Assembly (NCBI GenBank): GCA_030167865.1 | Contig: JALAGF010000901.1 | Location: 1 to 37,423, forward strand | From: Craspedostauros australis | Taxonomy: Eukaryota | Direction of reading: 5' to 3' | Length of the DNA: 37,423 nucleotides | Shown here: piece by piece, positions 9,873 through 21,034 of the stretch | Numbering within the stretch: position 1 is the stretch's first letter | How the letters are laid out: each line of letters starts with the position of its first letter | The notes under the pieces: model-generated | Databases searched by the model: none | What the model was told of the DNA's origin: nothing | The model's input: only the letters and a program-made list of their open reading frames with translations | Made by a program: the position numbers and the translations under genes

Positions 9873-12822
9873 GGTCTAGCATTACGTGGGGTGATCCAGG
9901 GTCACAGAGCGATTGGATGATCTCGGAACTTCCAGAATGAATGAACATTGCAAGAGGCGTTGTGGTGGGTGATTGATGGTTGTCCATTTCCATATTGTGA
10001 GCGAGGGGGTTGACAGCTTGGCGATGTCTAGATGGTATGACTCCTCTATTTGTGCTCCCCATTGCTGGCATCTTCCTGTCCATGGATTCTGCTTTGTCTC
10101 GCCACCCGTTGTTGTACACAACTCCGCATGGTCCACACTAGCGTGTATCCTGGAATCGTGCGACGTCTGTGAACATGCAAATAAAAATCAATTTGACGTT
10201 CAATTGAAGCACTCCTGCAACCCCACAACATCAAGGACAGACTTGGCTGATCTCATTCCACTTGGTACCACAAACGCAGAGTACATTCTTTTTCTGCGAG
10301 TACTCTTGAGCCAATACGTCGATTGTATCAAACCGGTACTCGTTGAAATGGAATCTGTGTGTGTGGTTGTAGCTGCCAACGATTTGGTTGTCGAATGAAG
10401 CGGTACCTCATGAAGTATCCAACAGTCATCTCGAACAAAGTCCACAACGTTTGCGAGAGGGGGAGAGAACACTCAACGCCAGAGGACAGCATGATGCCTC
10501 GAACTAAACACATGCAGATCGACCAGCGCATCCGCTGTGCCGTGTTTTGTTGACCAACGTGGGTTGATCTGGCACCGCTCCGTCTGTCTCTATGTCTTTG
10601 CTGTTCCTCGGTCTGGAGTGTCAAAAGTTCGTTGCGAGTTGTCGATTGTCAGAATTGCTGCGCCTCGAAGGGGCTGGGATGTTGCAACAATCACTGCTCC
10701 TCTTCATTCCTCTCGTCACGTCACATGTGAACGCCAGGCCCAAGAGTTTTCCTTCACATTCGCGTTCCTCTGAGCCAAGGCTTTTTAATCTTCGTCGGGG
10801 GAGCGCTTTGCAGAAGACAGTGAAGCACATGGCGATGAGGTGGAGGTTGGTCTCGGTCTCGGTCTCGATTGTGCTTCTCTTCGCGCACGCGCTCGTGATG
10901 CGTTGCCATTGGCGATGCGGTTAACAATGTCGCTACTATTGGTGTTGTTGCTGATGATGCTGGTACGAATCTCGCTGCTCCCACGCTGCTCCTTGGGAAA
11001 GCAAAGCATTTCTAGACCATAGACAGAACATGTGTTTGGGGTGATTGCGAGGACTGTTCGACTGCAGCATAAATGAGTATGCCACACGGAGCACATTGAA
11101 GTGCGGCATCACTCTTGGCAACTCCATCGAACGCTCTGGATCTCTCGTGTTGCATTCCTGCATGTCTCTGTCTTCTGCCAATACGTCGGATCGTGGCGGT
11201 TTCACCATATTACACGCGATGATGACACATAGTATCGCATTGGCGGGCGTGTTTGATCTTTCAAGTTTTATCCGCTGAATGACCGAAGCGGGAGAATGGA
11301 GCCGGTCCAAGAATAACTTTGTGGGCATTGGAAGGCCACAAAAGCGCCAACACGTCTGGGTGCAAACATATCATGACAGTAACACAAAACAACCAGAATT
11401 AACACAGCCGTGACTACGACTTTGATACTTTCGGAGACTGTGCATACTTGTGTGTCTCGTCACAGCACCAATTCAATACAAACGTCATTCCCAGAGTTGC
11501 TTCGTGACGCAAACCAATAAATAGAGCGGATCAAGAAATGCCATTGGTGAAGCACAACGACTTTCAGTTCTGTCGAAGCTGGTCGTGATCACAACCTCAA
11601 CCAGATAACATTTAGAAATGAGTGAAGGTGGTCACAGAGAAAATAGGAACATGGTGGTGAACGTGCACGGACCAGGGCGTGCTTGTGTGATCCGTGTGTG
11701 TCGCAAGCGGTAGCTAGTGGGGCCTTCTCAACTCACTCCAGCAGTGGCGCACCACATCGCAACTTCTACCAACGGCGTCATCAACGCGAGTGCGAATGAA
11801 ACGGCGTCAATCTCGTTCAATTCGTATGAATACCACGCACACGAAGCAACAGCACTGGAACGAATCTCCTTGTTTTGGAATCAGATGTTGCTGGTGTGGA
11901 TCACCTTGGCGGACTTTGTCGAAGAGAGCTTCAGGATCGGATGAGCAACAGGCGAATGAACGAGCAATGCTTCTCCTCATACTTTTCTCCACAAGGTGTG
12001 TGTGGATGCACGAGCAGAGCAGCAGAGGGAGGAGTGTTCATCTGTCGTTGGCACAACACAAAACCACAGTGGTTATCGCACTATTCCTCGTGGTGTCTCT
12101 CGCTGCATGTGCATGTGGAATTGCGTCTGCGAAAATCACTTCCTCGCCTTCGCAACATCCACACTTCTCTCATAAAAACAATCGACGAACAGATTGTCCT
12201 CCGAAGCGCAGCATCACAACACAGCAATCGACAAGCATTGCCACGTGATCGCAAGCCTCTCTCCGGCCAAAGCCAGATACAAACCAAAGGTACGTTACGC
12301 TCATCGATCAATCGCAGCCGCAGGTTTGCAAGATGAATGAATATGTGCAGGGCGAGGAGTCCATGACGGAAGGATTCGTTCGCAGCACTCGTCCTGCCCG
12401 ACACAGCGTGCTGCCTCAAGCAGATGCACACATCGGGAGCAATAGCGTCACGGGCAGCATCTGGGGAGGACGCTCCCATCGGATCAGCTGCAATCGTCAT
12501 GGGAGGTGCGATGCGTAATGATGCCACACGTCCCCCACGCTAGTCGTTCCGATCGCATGCTTGCTTTGGCATGTTGGTGACGTGCTGTGTCATCACCTCC
12601 AACTCTGCTCTACTCTGCCCGCCCAATACACTGCTGCCACGTTCTGTTACTCTGCCCAACTCAACTCAACCCCACATCTCTCGTGTTTCACCGGTACGAG
12701 TGCTTCTGTTCCCGCACTCCACCATGCGCTGCGCTGCTCTATCCGTCTCCAACACGAAAATGAATCGCAGCACACAATCCAAGCAAGCGACAAGCACAGC
12801 AACCAGCAAATACCGAACAACC

Positions 12823-15627
12823 ATGATCCACACCAAGGCAGCCTTTGTCGCCTTTCTTCTTCTCGCCAACACGGCAAAAACCCACGCAGTGCTCCGCGGC
12901 AACAGGACTCCCGTGGATCCAACTGAGGAACTCCACATGATGATGACGAAGACCCGTATCCTCAAGGACGCCGACGGTGACACGAAGGCCATCAAGGGCA
13001 GAAAGAGAAACAACGAAGTACCTACCGACAACCCGGCTGATCCAGAAACAACCGCGCCAACCGCATTGCCTACTGGGTCGCCGACAGGCTTGATTTCGGA
13101 GATGCCCTCGTTGACACCTGTCGTTCAGCCAACCGCGTCGCCAACATCAAAGCCAACATCCAAACCATCAGCTGCCCCCGCCGTCCTTGATTCCACCATC
13201 GAGGTTGTTTGCCAGCCAGATGGCAAGACCGCCCTCACAACAGAAGAGACTAGCACCAAGACCATCATCTGTAACTCTGCCAAGCCATCCTGCCGCGAGG
13301 CAGTGACCGCCGTCAAGGACTCCGTGCAACTACAGAATTTCTTCGGGTGTGCAGGGGACCTCAGTGAAGGAGCCGCTCGGAAGCTCTTCAACAAATACGC
13401 ATCCAGTGACGTGCTCGCTGGCCAATTGGTCCTGATCGCTGCCACCAACGCGATCCTCGTCACCGAACGTCCGAATACCATGAAGGCAGCATGTGCGGCC
13501 ATCGCTGCGATGCAATCGCCTCCCGTCGAAACCTCATGCTGCCAAGGATCATCGGGATGCACCTCAGTCACCGGTTCCGCCTCCAACTCTCCTCCTTTCA
13601 TGACCGTCGCCATCACGGCATGCACTGGTGACAGCGCCTGCAAGGACATGGGCCCCAATCCCCTCATCCTCGATTCCTCCTGCACTGGCGCGAGTGCATG
13701 CGAGTTGGTCAACGAGAACGAGATCAACCCCTTCGTTACGGGAGTCACCTTCGTTGGTGAGATGGCATGCACCACCCCTCAATCTTGTGAGGGTGTGGGA
13801 CGCCGCTCCCATGGTGATGTGACCATCCAGACGGGCGCATGCGTTGGATCAGAGGCATGTAATGCAGCTGGACGCCGCGTCATGCAGAAGACCACCCGCA
13901 TCCAGAGCCACATCGACATCGGGTCGAATGCGTGCGTCGGCAGCAATGCCTGCAAGGATGCCCATTCCACTGTCAACTATGGTACTGCTGGCAAGCGTGC
14001 AGGCAGTCTGACCATTGGTGCTGGTGGCTGTGCCGCCGATGGGTCATGCGAGAAGATGGGCTTCAATGACAGGATGACAACCGACCTCGTCGTCCCTCCT
14101 GGTGGATGCGGCAGTGTCAAAGGCTGCAGGGGATGCATGACGAAGACGGAGTGCGGCTCCGACGAAGTCTACATCATCAGCGATGTCGATGGGGCCTGTC
14201 CAAAGGGAGGCAATGGCACCAACAACAATCCCACTGGTGACAAGGTGGAGGAGTACTGTACTGGCAAGGACACCTTGCCCACAGACTGTCCAACTTTTTC
14301 TCCCACTCCATTCCCCACACCTGCCACGTCACCTCCCACATCAGCCCCCACTGCTCCAACTTCAGCACCAACATCAGCCCCCACATCGACTCCTACATCG
14401 ACTCCGACGTCGGCCCCCACATCGGCTCCAACATCGGCTCCTACATCGGCTCCGACGTCAGCTCCCACATCGGCTCCCACATCGGCTCCAACTTCAGCAC
14501 CGACATCGGCTCCTACATCGGCTCCTACATCAGCTCCAACCTCACAGCCTTCGCAAGAGCCTACAAGAACAAGTAATCCAACTCTCCCTCCAGCATCCTT
14601 CACCGTAGGATGTCTCGAACAACCGGGTAACGGTGCATCCATGTTCAATCCCATCGATGGTGACATATTGTGCGATGGTGCTGCAGGCACATGCGCGGAC
14701 TTTGTTGCTGTGGTCGACGGCCTCGGTGACAAGGGCAAGATGATCAAGAGCATCTTTGGATGCAATGGTGAAGACCCTCCACAGCCCGTGACGTTGGAGG
14801 TGGCACAGGAACGCTTTGATAAGATCAGGAACGACGAAAGTGTGACCAAGGCATTGTTGGCGTTCGCGAACGAGGACAAGAAGCTCTTTACTGGCAGCAC
14901 ATCTGTGGTGATGACTGCGTGCAATGGCAAATGCTGCCGCGGTTTGGGTGCTTGCGCCGTTGGCTCTGGTGGTGTCCTGACGGTGAGCACAGGATCATGT
15001 GTTGGAGATTTTGCATGTTCAGGCACACATCCCAACGCAATCATACTTGACAGTTGCAAGTCAGCCAATGCCTGCAATGGGTTGGGCAATTTCTTCTATT
15101 TTCAGCCAGCTGCTGGTGCCAAAGTCGGTTTCAGGGTGATCGGACCAAGAGCTTGTGTTATGACAGGGAGCTGCTTTAATCTTGGACAAAACATCTTTGG
15201 CAATGTACGAGTGGAAGAAGGAGCATGCGATGCATCCCAGGCATGCAATCTACTTGCGAAACGCACCAACCAAGGGTCTACAACCACAACACCGGTCGTG
15301 GCAAATGTCTTCATCGGAAAGAATGCGTGCAAAGGGTTTAATGCTTGCACCGGCGTGCATAGTGTCGGCATCTCCTCCAAACTCGAAGGAAGTGTGATCA
15401 TCGAAGAGCGTGCCTGCTCGGGCTCCAGCGCGTGCAGGACTGTTGGCAGCAGTGGCAGCGCAACCAATGATATCATCATCAGAGCAGGAGTCTGCACAAC
15501 AGCCGTCACCTGCGACAGTTGCGCCCAAGGATCATTGTGTACGTCACCCATAGAAACGTACGTCGTCGACGACCCAGCCACGGATTGTGCTGAGCCATTC
15601 CAATCTGCTTGCGAAGTACTCTATTAA
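12823..15627 (+). CDS. Secreted Cys-rich / mucin-like cell-surface glycoprotein (934 aa)
   Basis: The ATG at 12823 gives signal peptide MIHTKAAFVAFLLLANTAKTHA, then VLRG and an RILKD motif. A Pro/Thr/Ser linker follows, then two homologous Cys-rich modules (FGC...CCxG..., repeated GACxGxxAC) separated by (PTSA)n. Single exon, no TM segment. Confidence 0.85.
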   Translation: MIHTKAAFVAFLLLANTAKTHAVLRGNRTPVDPTEELHMMMTKTRILKDADGDTKAIKGRKRNNEVPTDNPADPETTAPTALPTGSPTGLISEMPSLTPVVQPTASPTSKPTSKPSAAPAVLDSTIEVVCQPDGKTALTTEETSTKTIICNSAKPSCREAVTAVKDSVQLQNFFGCAGDLSEGAARKLFNKYASSDVLAGQLVLIAATNAILVTERPNTMKAACAAIAAMQSPPVETSCCQGSSGCTSVTGSASNSPPFMTVAITACTGDSACKDMGPNPLILDSSCTGASACELVNENEINPFVTGVTFVGEMACTTPQSCEGVGRRSHGDVTIQTGACVGSEACNAAGRRVMQKTTRIQSHIDIGSNACVGSNACKDAHSTVNYGTAGKRAGSLTIGAGGCAADGSCEKMGFNDRMTTDLVVPPGGCGSVKGCRGCMTKTECGSDEVYIISDVDGACPKGGNGTNNNPTGDKVEEYCTGKDTLPTDCPTFSPTPFPTPATSPPTSAPTAPTSAPTSAPTSTPTSTPTSAPTSAPTSAPTSAPTSAPTSAPTSAPTSAPTSAPTSAPTSAPTSQPSQEPTRTSNPTLPPASFTVGCLEQPGNGASMFNPIDGDILCDGAAGTCADFVAVVDGLGDKGKMIKSIFGCNGEDPPQPVTLEVAQERFDKIRNDESVTKALLAFANEDKKLFTGSTSVVMTACNGKCCRGLGACAVGSGGVLTVSTGSCVGDFACSGTHPNAIILDSCKSANACNGLGNFFYFQPAAGAKVGFRVIGPRACVMTGSCFNLGQNIFGNVRVEEGACDASQACNLLAKRTNQGSTTTTPVVANVFIGKNACKGFNACTGVHSVGISSKLEGSVIIEERACSGSSACRTVGSSGSATNDIIIRAGVCTTAVTCDSCAQGSLCTSPIETYVVDDPATDCAEPFQSACEVLY
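14335..14547 (+). repeat. Coding 12-bp tandem repeat, (Pro-Thr-Ser-Ala)n
   Basis: About 17-18 units of ccN acN tcR gcN with synonymous variation. Confidence 0.95.
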
Positions 15628-16919
15628 TCACATACACCGCCACACGTACTAGTGGCTAGTGGCTAGTTTCCATTTTTTTGCACTTTTTGGTAACCATTGG
15701 CGTATCGCCGACGCCACAGACTGCCAGGCGATGAGTTGATGGCTGTTGCCTGACGTCTTTGCATCATTAGGAAGAGGAGAGTGAGAGCTCTCTGTTGATG
15801 TGGTCATTGTAGGCAAACGGTCTCTGCTTGTTGTTCACCTCGATGCCTATTTTGACCCTATATTGGCCCTTTATGAGGAAATTCATGGACAACGTACAGA
15901 CAAGAATCCGGAATTTTTTGTTGGTAACCATTGGTAACTGCATAGAGTCTACGGCATTCTGGTACAGAAACTTGTTGCGTTTTGGTCCAATAGCAACCGA
16001 CTGTCTTCCAAAGACCCGCATCCAATTCTGTTTCGTCTATTGCTCAAGTGAATGGTATGGATGAATTCGTTGCTTCATTCTGCTTCAGGTGGTGTGCTGG
16101 TCAGTACTCCAGAATGTGTGTGTTGCTTTGAGTGTTTGAAGTCAGTCACTAGTGCTCGTGACAGCCATGATCATCAATCTGTGAACACACAAAAGTTCGC
16201 ACCCAAAATCATCGTGCATTTTTACGTCTTGTTGGGATCTGGGCTGATGGTAATGACTGTGGATGATCAGTGTGTGTGCTAAGTATGTTGTGTAGGAATG
16301 GGAATTATGAGGCATGTCTTGCTATTTTTGTTGTGTTTCGCTTTGTTCTGTTCTGCTGGCGTGTTTTGTTGTTTGCCTTCTTGTTTCTCTTTGTTGTTGC
16401 ATCTTGCTTGCTGCTGTTCTGCGGTCATCAAATCTTTTGTGTTTCCGACTCATGCGATCGTGGTGTCAATGGCTTCGGCTCGTGCGATTGCCGCTCGAAT
16501 ACGTGTTGTAGATTTGGATTGTGCTGCTCGCCTGAGTCTCTCTACTTTATGCAAGGTTGTGCCTCACCCCTGACATTGGATCATCGTGCTGTTGCTTGCA
16601 ATCGACGCAGTTTCCTCTCCTGCACCTGCCCATGTGGTCTTGGTCTTCGAACCTCACTTCCTCCAAAGATATATCAATTTCAAGTTATTTTCGTCGCTTT
16701 GTCGGGTACTATCATTGTGAGGAAACATCGCTTCCTGATCACGCCCCACAACTGTCTTCATTGGCACTGGTTGCTACACTCTTGCAAAGACTAGCCATTG
16801 ATTTCATGCTCATTCCATGGGTGAAGTCGTTGATGCAGTCGCTGTTCGTGCTCCATCCAAGCATGTTCGAAACGTTCTGTGCAGGAAGCCTCATGTTCTC
16901 TACTGGTCTTGAGCACCGC

Positions 16920-17725
16920 TGTCGAGATGTACATGTGAGTATATGTCAAGATGTACGTGTATATGTGCATCGTTCACCCGCTATTCTCTCATACGCAATT
17001 GGACGGTACAACTACATTCGTGTCAATAGTATGCTGTGATTTGTCAAAATCACAGCACAAATGGAACACACAAAAACGAGCAGAATTTCTGGAGGAAATT
17101 TGCAATCAACGATTGCTGAGAGAATCAGGAACATCGTCCGTCCATCCATCAATGGAAACGTATGGTATCAAGTGAAGTTCGATGTACCTCCCAATTAAAC
17201 TCCAGATGACAATATCATCTGACAGACCACTGCATCACCAATGGAACATGACATCTGGAGAGCAGAAGGACGCCTACTGACGTCGACAGGATGTCATCGT
17301 GTCACCATGTCAACATCTGTCTCCATGTCAGGAGCAGAAGGTGAGGATTCGATGACCGAAGGACATCAAGATCATGGATACAAGAGGTGAAGTTCAAATG
17401 GTAAGTACTCATGGAGCAGGAACCAGTAGTGAACAAACGGAGTATTGAATGCAGAGTACGCATCAAACGTGGAGTATCGTGTAATGCAAATACACGATAT
17501 GGAGAGAGAGAGAGAATACAAAGAGCAGCGAGAGAGCATCTCGCGTACTGGCTCATAGTCGGATGACCAATCTACAAAACAGATAGATGCACCAAGAGGA
17601 TCAGGTAAGAGAGCAGAGACCACGAGAGGATCGGAGTGCTCAACTACTGAAATAGCAAACGAAACAACTATCAACCAACACCGTCTTCCACAATCATAGG
17701 CTTCCGTGAGCGGAACTTGCCAACA
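16920..17725 (+). mobile_element. Solo LTR (806 bp) of the LTR-A family
   Basis: TGTCGAG...GCCAACA, colinear with 1136-1927. No PPT upstream, no internal domain downstream, and the flanks ACCGC / GATTC do not form a TSD. Confidence 0.92.
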
Positions 17726-18450
17726 GATTCATAATAAGGCACTGCGCATGGGTGAGGACATTGGTAGGCAGGGTGCATCATCTCTTGGAATCTTCCTCCT
17801 TGCCTGGATAAGCCATGCGCTTACCTTGCAAACAGAAATAGTCCCTCCAGAGCGAGTCCAGGTCGCGCCTCCTCGCGAGCGTCAGTCGTGTTTGGAACAA
17901 TGGAGTTTGTTCTCATTGCATTCGGATTGGTCGGCAGTTGCTTCAACGATCTTGTCGTGATTGGAGTCATGGACCGAATGAGTCCCACAACATCCACCAA
18001 GTTTTGTTGCCGTTTTCGTTTTCTTCGCCTTTCGTGGAACGAGCAGACTCTGTTCCTTTCCTGTCTTGTGGGCTTTGTTGGTTGTCGCGGTGAACTCAGA
18101 GGCCACTTTCTCGCGCGTTGGTGGCAGATCACACAGATTACTTTTGCATCACAGAGCCTTCCCAGAGGTCGTATAATAGGTCTTACTCTCGCGAATATTA
18201 TATTGCGAGATCGTCGCCATCGAGACACCCGCAGCTGACAATCAGGGTCGACATTTCGATCGCTGACAGGCAAAGGCGACAGTTGAGTTGATGCTCCTTC
18301 CCACAGAAGCTATCCAATTCGAGCCGTTGGACCATTTTTTGGAGGCGTTGACAGGCGACCACATTCCCAGAGAGAAGCGCGTTGCTACGCTTGCTGCAGT
18401 GCCATTTGTGTTTGTGTTTCGGAACCTACGAGGTGCACTCCGCAATCAGG

Positions 18451-20770
18451 ATGGATTCATTGACATCACACAGCGATGGTGGCGGTGATGGTCCCAGCCA
18501 TGAATCGAACCAACCGCAGCGTCAATACAAAGGAAAGCTGAGTGGTGACGACCAGCCGAATGTCACGTATTTCGAATTGGGCATCGACGGTGACGATGAC
18601 ACTCACGCTGAGACCGACGCCGACGCTGTCGCGACTTCCAGCGGTGCGGAATCAACACCGAGGACGACGGCGATGACACTGGATGGCGACATCGACGAGG
18701 AACAGCAACACAATGTACTCCTCGCTGGCGGTCGCTCGCAACGCGGGAATGGGATTGCCGCCAATTCATCAGCAGACGGCTACGATGGCCAGGATGACTT
18801 TGATGGTGCCGCTGGCATCGACGATGGCTTTCGCGCCGGTAATCAAAAGGGGACGCAGTCGACGTTATGGGATGTCATCGCCATCAATCCGCTTCGCACG
18901 GTCTTCGTCAAGCTTTACGGCGACGCGCTTTCCACGCAGGAAATGGTGCAGACATTGTGTCTAGCGGTCACCTTGCTCATGATCGTCGGTGCTTATTGGA
19001 TGTTGCGCTCCGTCAAGGATACTGTCATCGTCACGTTATGCGGGTACGAGTACATCCCCAAGGCGCAGATGCTGTCGCCTCTCATGGTATTTCTCATCGT
19101 CACCATCTACAACTGCCTCCTCGACATGCCCGGCCTGAAGAAGCACCAGCTCTTCTACATCTTCGGTATCGCGTACTCCGTCCTCTTTGCCGTCATCGCA
19201 GCGCTGCTCATGGACCCCGTCATCGGTCTGCCAAACGAGAAATCGGACCCGACCAGAATACTCGGATGGATCCACTACTTCGCCATCGACAGCTTCGGAT
19301 CCATCATGACGGCCTTGTTCTGGAGCTTCACCAACTCCACAGTCAGCGCAGAACGAGCAAAAGCGAGCTACGGCATCATGGTGGCAACAGCGCAGATCGG
19401 TTCCATCATCGGCGCCACGGTTGTGCAGCAATTCGCACAGGTTCTGGGCGTCGCGCAGTGTTACATGTTGGGAGCAATCACGATCCTCCTAACGCCGCTC
19501 TCCATGTTCCTCTACATTCGAACGTACGGCAGCCATGAACAGGAAACATCCGACGCACAAACTGTCGCAACAACTGCAAACGATGATGACGATGAATCGC
19601 CTGCACAGAACAAGCGCACCATCCGGAAACAACAATCCAATGCTTCCAAATCGCAACAGCCCAAAAGTTGCGAAAGCTGCGGTTTGTTCATCAAGCACTC
19701 CTACGTTCGAGGCATCTTGTTCATCGGTTCCTTCTTCATCATTCAGCTTGCAAGTAAGTGTCACGCGACGTGTGTCCATGGTGCATTGCATTTTGGTGAA
19801 CTGCTCGTTGCCGGTCGTATCACCTTTTCATGACTCTCGTTGACGTTAATGCAACGGCACTCTGTTTGCTCGTACCGTTACGCACACCATGATAACGGTG
19901 ATTGATGATGATGACGATGATGATGACGATACTCACACTTTGCATAAGCATACTTCGACTCTACTCTACTCATTTTTGCATTCTCCCGTTGGCTTCATCG
20001 ACTGTCCTTCCACAGTCGTCGATTACACTATGAAAGTGCTGGCCGTCAAGCACTTTTCATCTCAGTTCCCCTGCAAAGAGGGTGACACCTGCTGGGACCC
20101 ACACGGTGATCACAAAGCTTCAAAACGCGCCATGGAGGCCATGACCTCCTTCATGGGAACATTCGGTCAGGTCACTAACACTCTCACATTCGTCATGAGC
20201 CTGTTGGGCACCAGCGCCATCATCCGATCGCTGGGATTGCGATTGACTCTCCTTCTCTTCCCATCCATGTGCCTCATCGTGGTCGTCATCGTGCTGTGCT
20301 TCCCCAGCCTCTACCTCCTCTTCGGTGCCATGATCATCCTCAAGGCATCCTCGTATGCCCTCAACAATCCCACGAAGGAAATTCTCTACCAACCCACCAG
20401 TTCGGCTGTCCGCTACAAGGCCAAGAGCTGGATCGATATGTTCGGCGCGCGCGGCAGCAAGGCCATCGGCGGCTTGGTCACAGACGTGCTCAAAGGTTCG
20501 ACGGAAGGATTGGTGCTGTACGGGAGCTTGGTCGGAATGTCGGTATCCACATTCCTAATCTACAACGCATACTCGATGGGATTGATGTACGAAAAATTCG
20601 AAGCATCAGGATTTGTCGTCGGCGAGGAAGAAGAGGAGGATGGATCAGCGGTGGTGGTGGACGACGAGGATCATGAATCGCAATCGATACAGATGGCGCC
20701 GCTGATGACATCCTCCGCAAACACCGCGAATCATGTCACCGTCGAAGATGATGTCCAAGTAGCACAATGA
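18451..20770 (+). CDS. Non-mitochondrial nucleotide transporter (NTT / TLC ATP-ADP translocase family), 2 exons, 685 aa
   Basis: Exons 18451-19753 and 20016-20770. Intron GTAAGT...CCACAG (19754-20015) joins [14 protein letters not shown] in frame. Motifs [26 protein letters not shown] and [16 protein letters not shown]; many TM helices; acidic N-terminal extension. Start codon is the best guess. Confidence 0.88.
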
Positions 20771-21034
20771 ACAACAACTTCATGGTGAAGGTGACGCGAA
20801 TGCAGATCTAAATGCAAACGTTAACACGGTCTAATAGAGCATTCGACGCCACACTGTGGAATACTTGTGCCGAATTGAACGCCCGCATCACTCCATCGAA
20901 TTTGTTCGCAAGTATAATACCATTGTCATGTTATACTTGAGTAGATGGAGGCATGTCTCGCGCTGCTTCATTGGGCAGGGCAACGATGTGCCATGGAAAA
21001 TACAAAACTTGCCGCAATATTGTGGTTAATACCT

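Noticed and set aside
8805-10232. LTR insertion starting TGTTTGG at 8805 with TSD ACATC repeated near 10228
   Set aside because: RT coding does not resume after the second ACATC, so it is probably a chance 5-mer.
9873-12570. Numerous short ORFs
   Set aside because: No recognisable motifs, splice-supported model or coding bias. Possibly decayed repeat or intergenic DNA.
12571-12822. Upstream in-frame extensions in the ORF track (also 24205-24333, 26225-26332, 29565-29684, 18382-18450)
   Set aside because: Mostly non-ATG or poor starts in leader-like sequence. For the secreted proteins, the downstream ATG places the signal peptide at the N-terminus.
14335-14547. CRISPR-like or non-coding repeat array
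   Set aside because: Contiguous 12-bp coding units with third-position variation and no spacers, in a eukaryotic context.
15700-16919. Degenerate minus-strand gene or TE fragment
   Set aside because: Strand-biased composition is suggestive, but the frames are broken and no domain could be recognised.
1136-17725. One giant element bounded by LTR-A and the 16920 LTR that captured the mucin-like gene
   Set aside because: The outer flanks AGAAC / GATTC are not a TSD, the right LTR has no PPT, and the two LTRs are clearly diverged.
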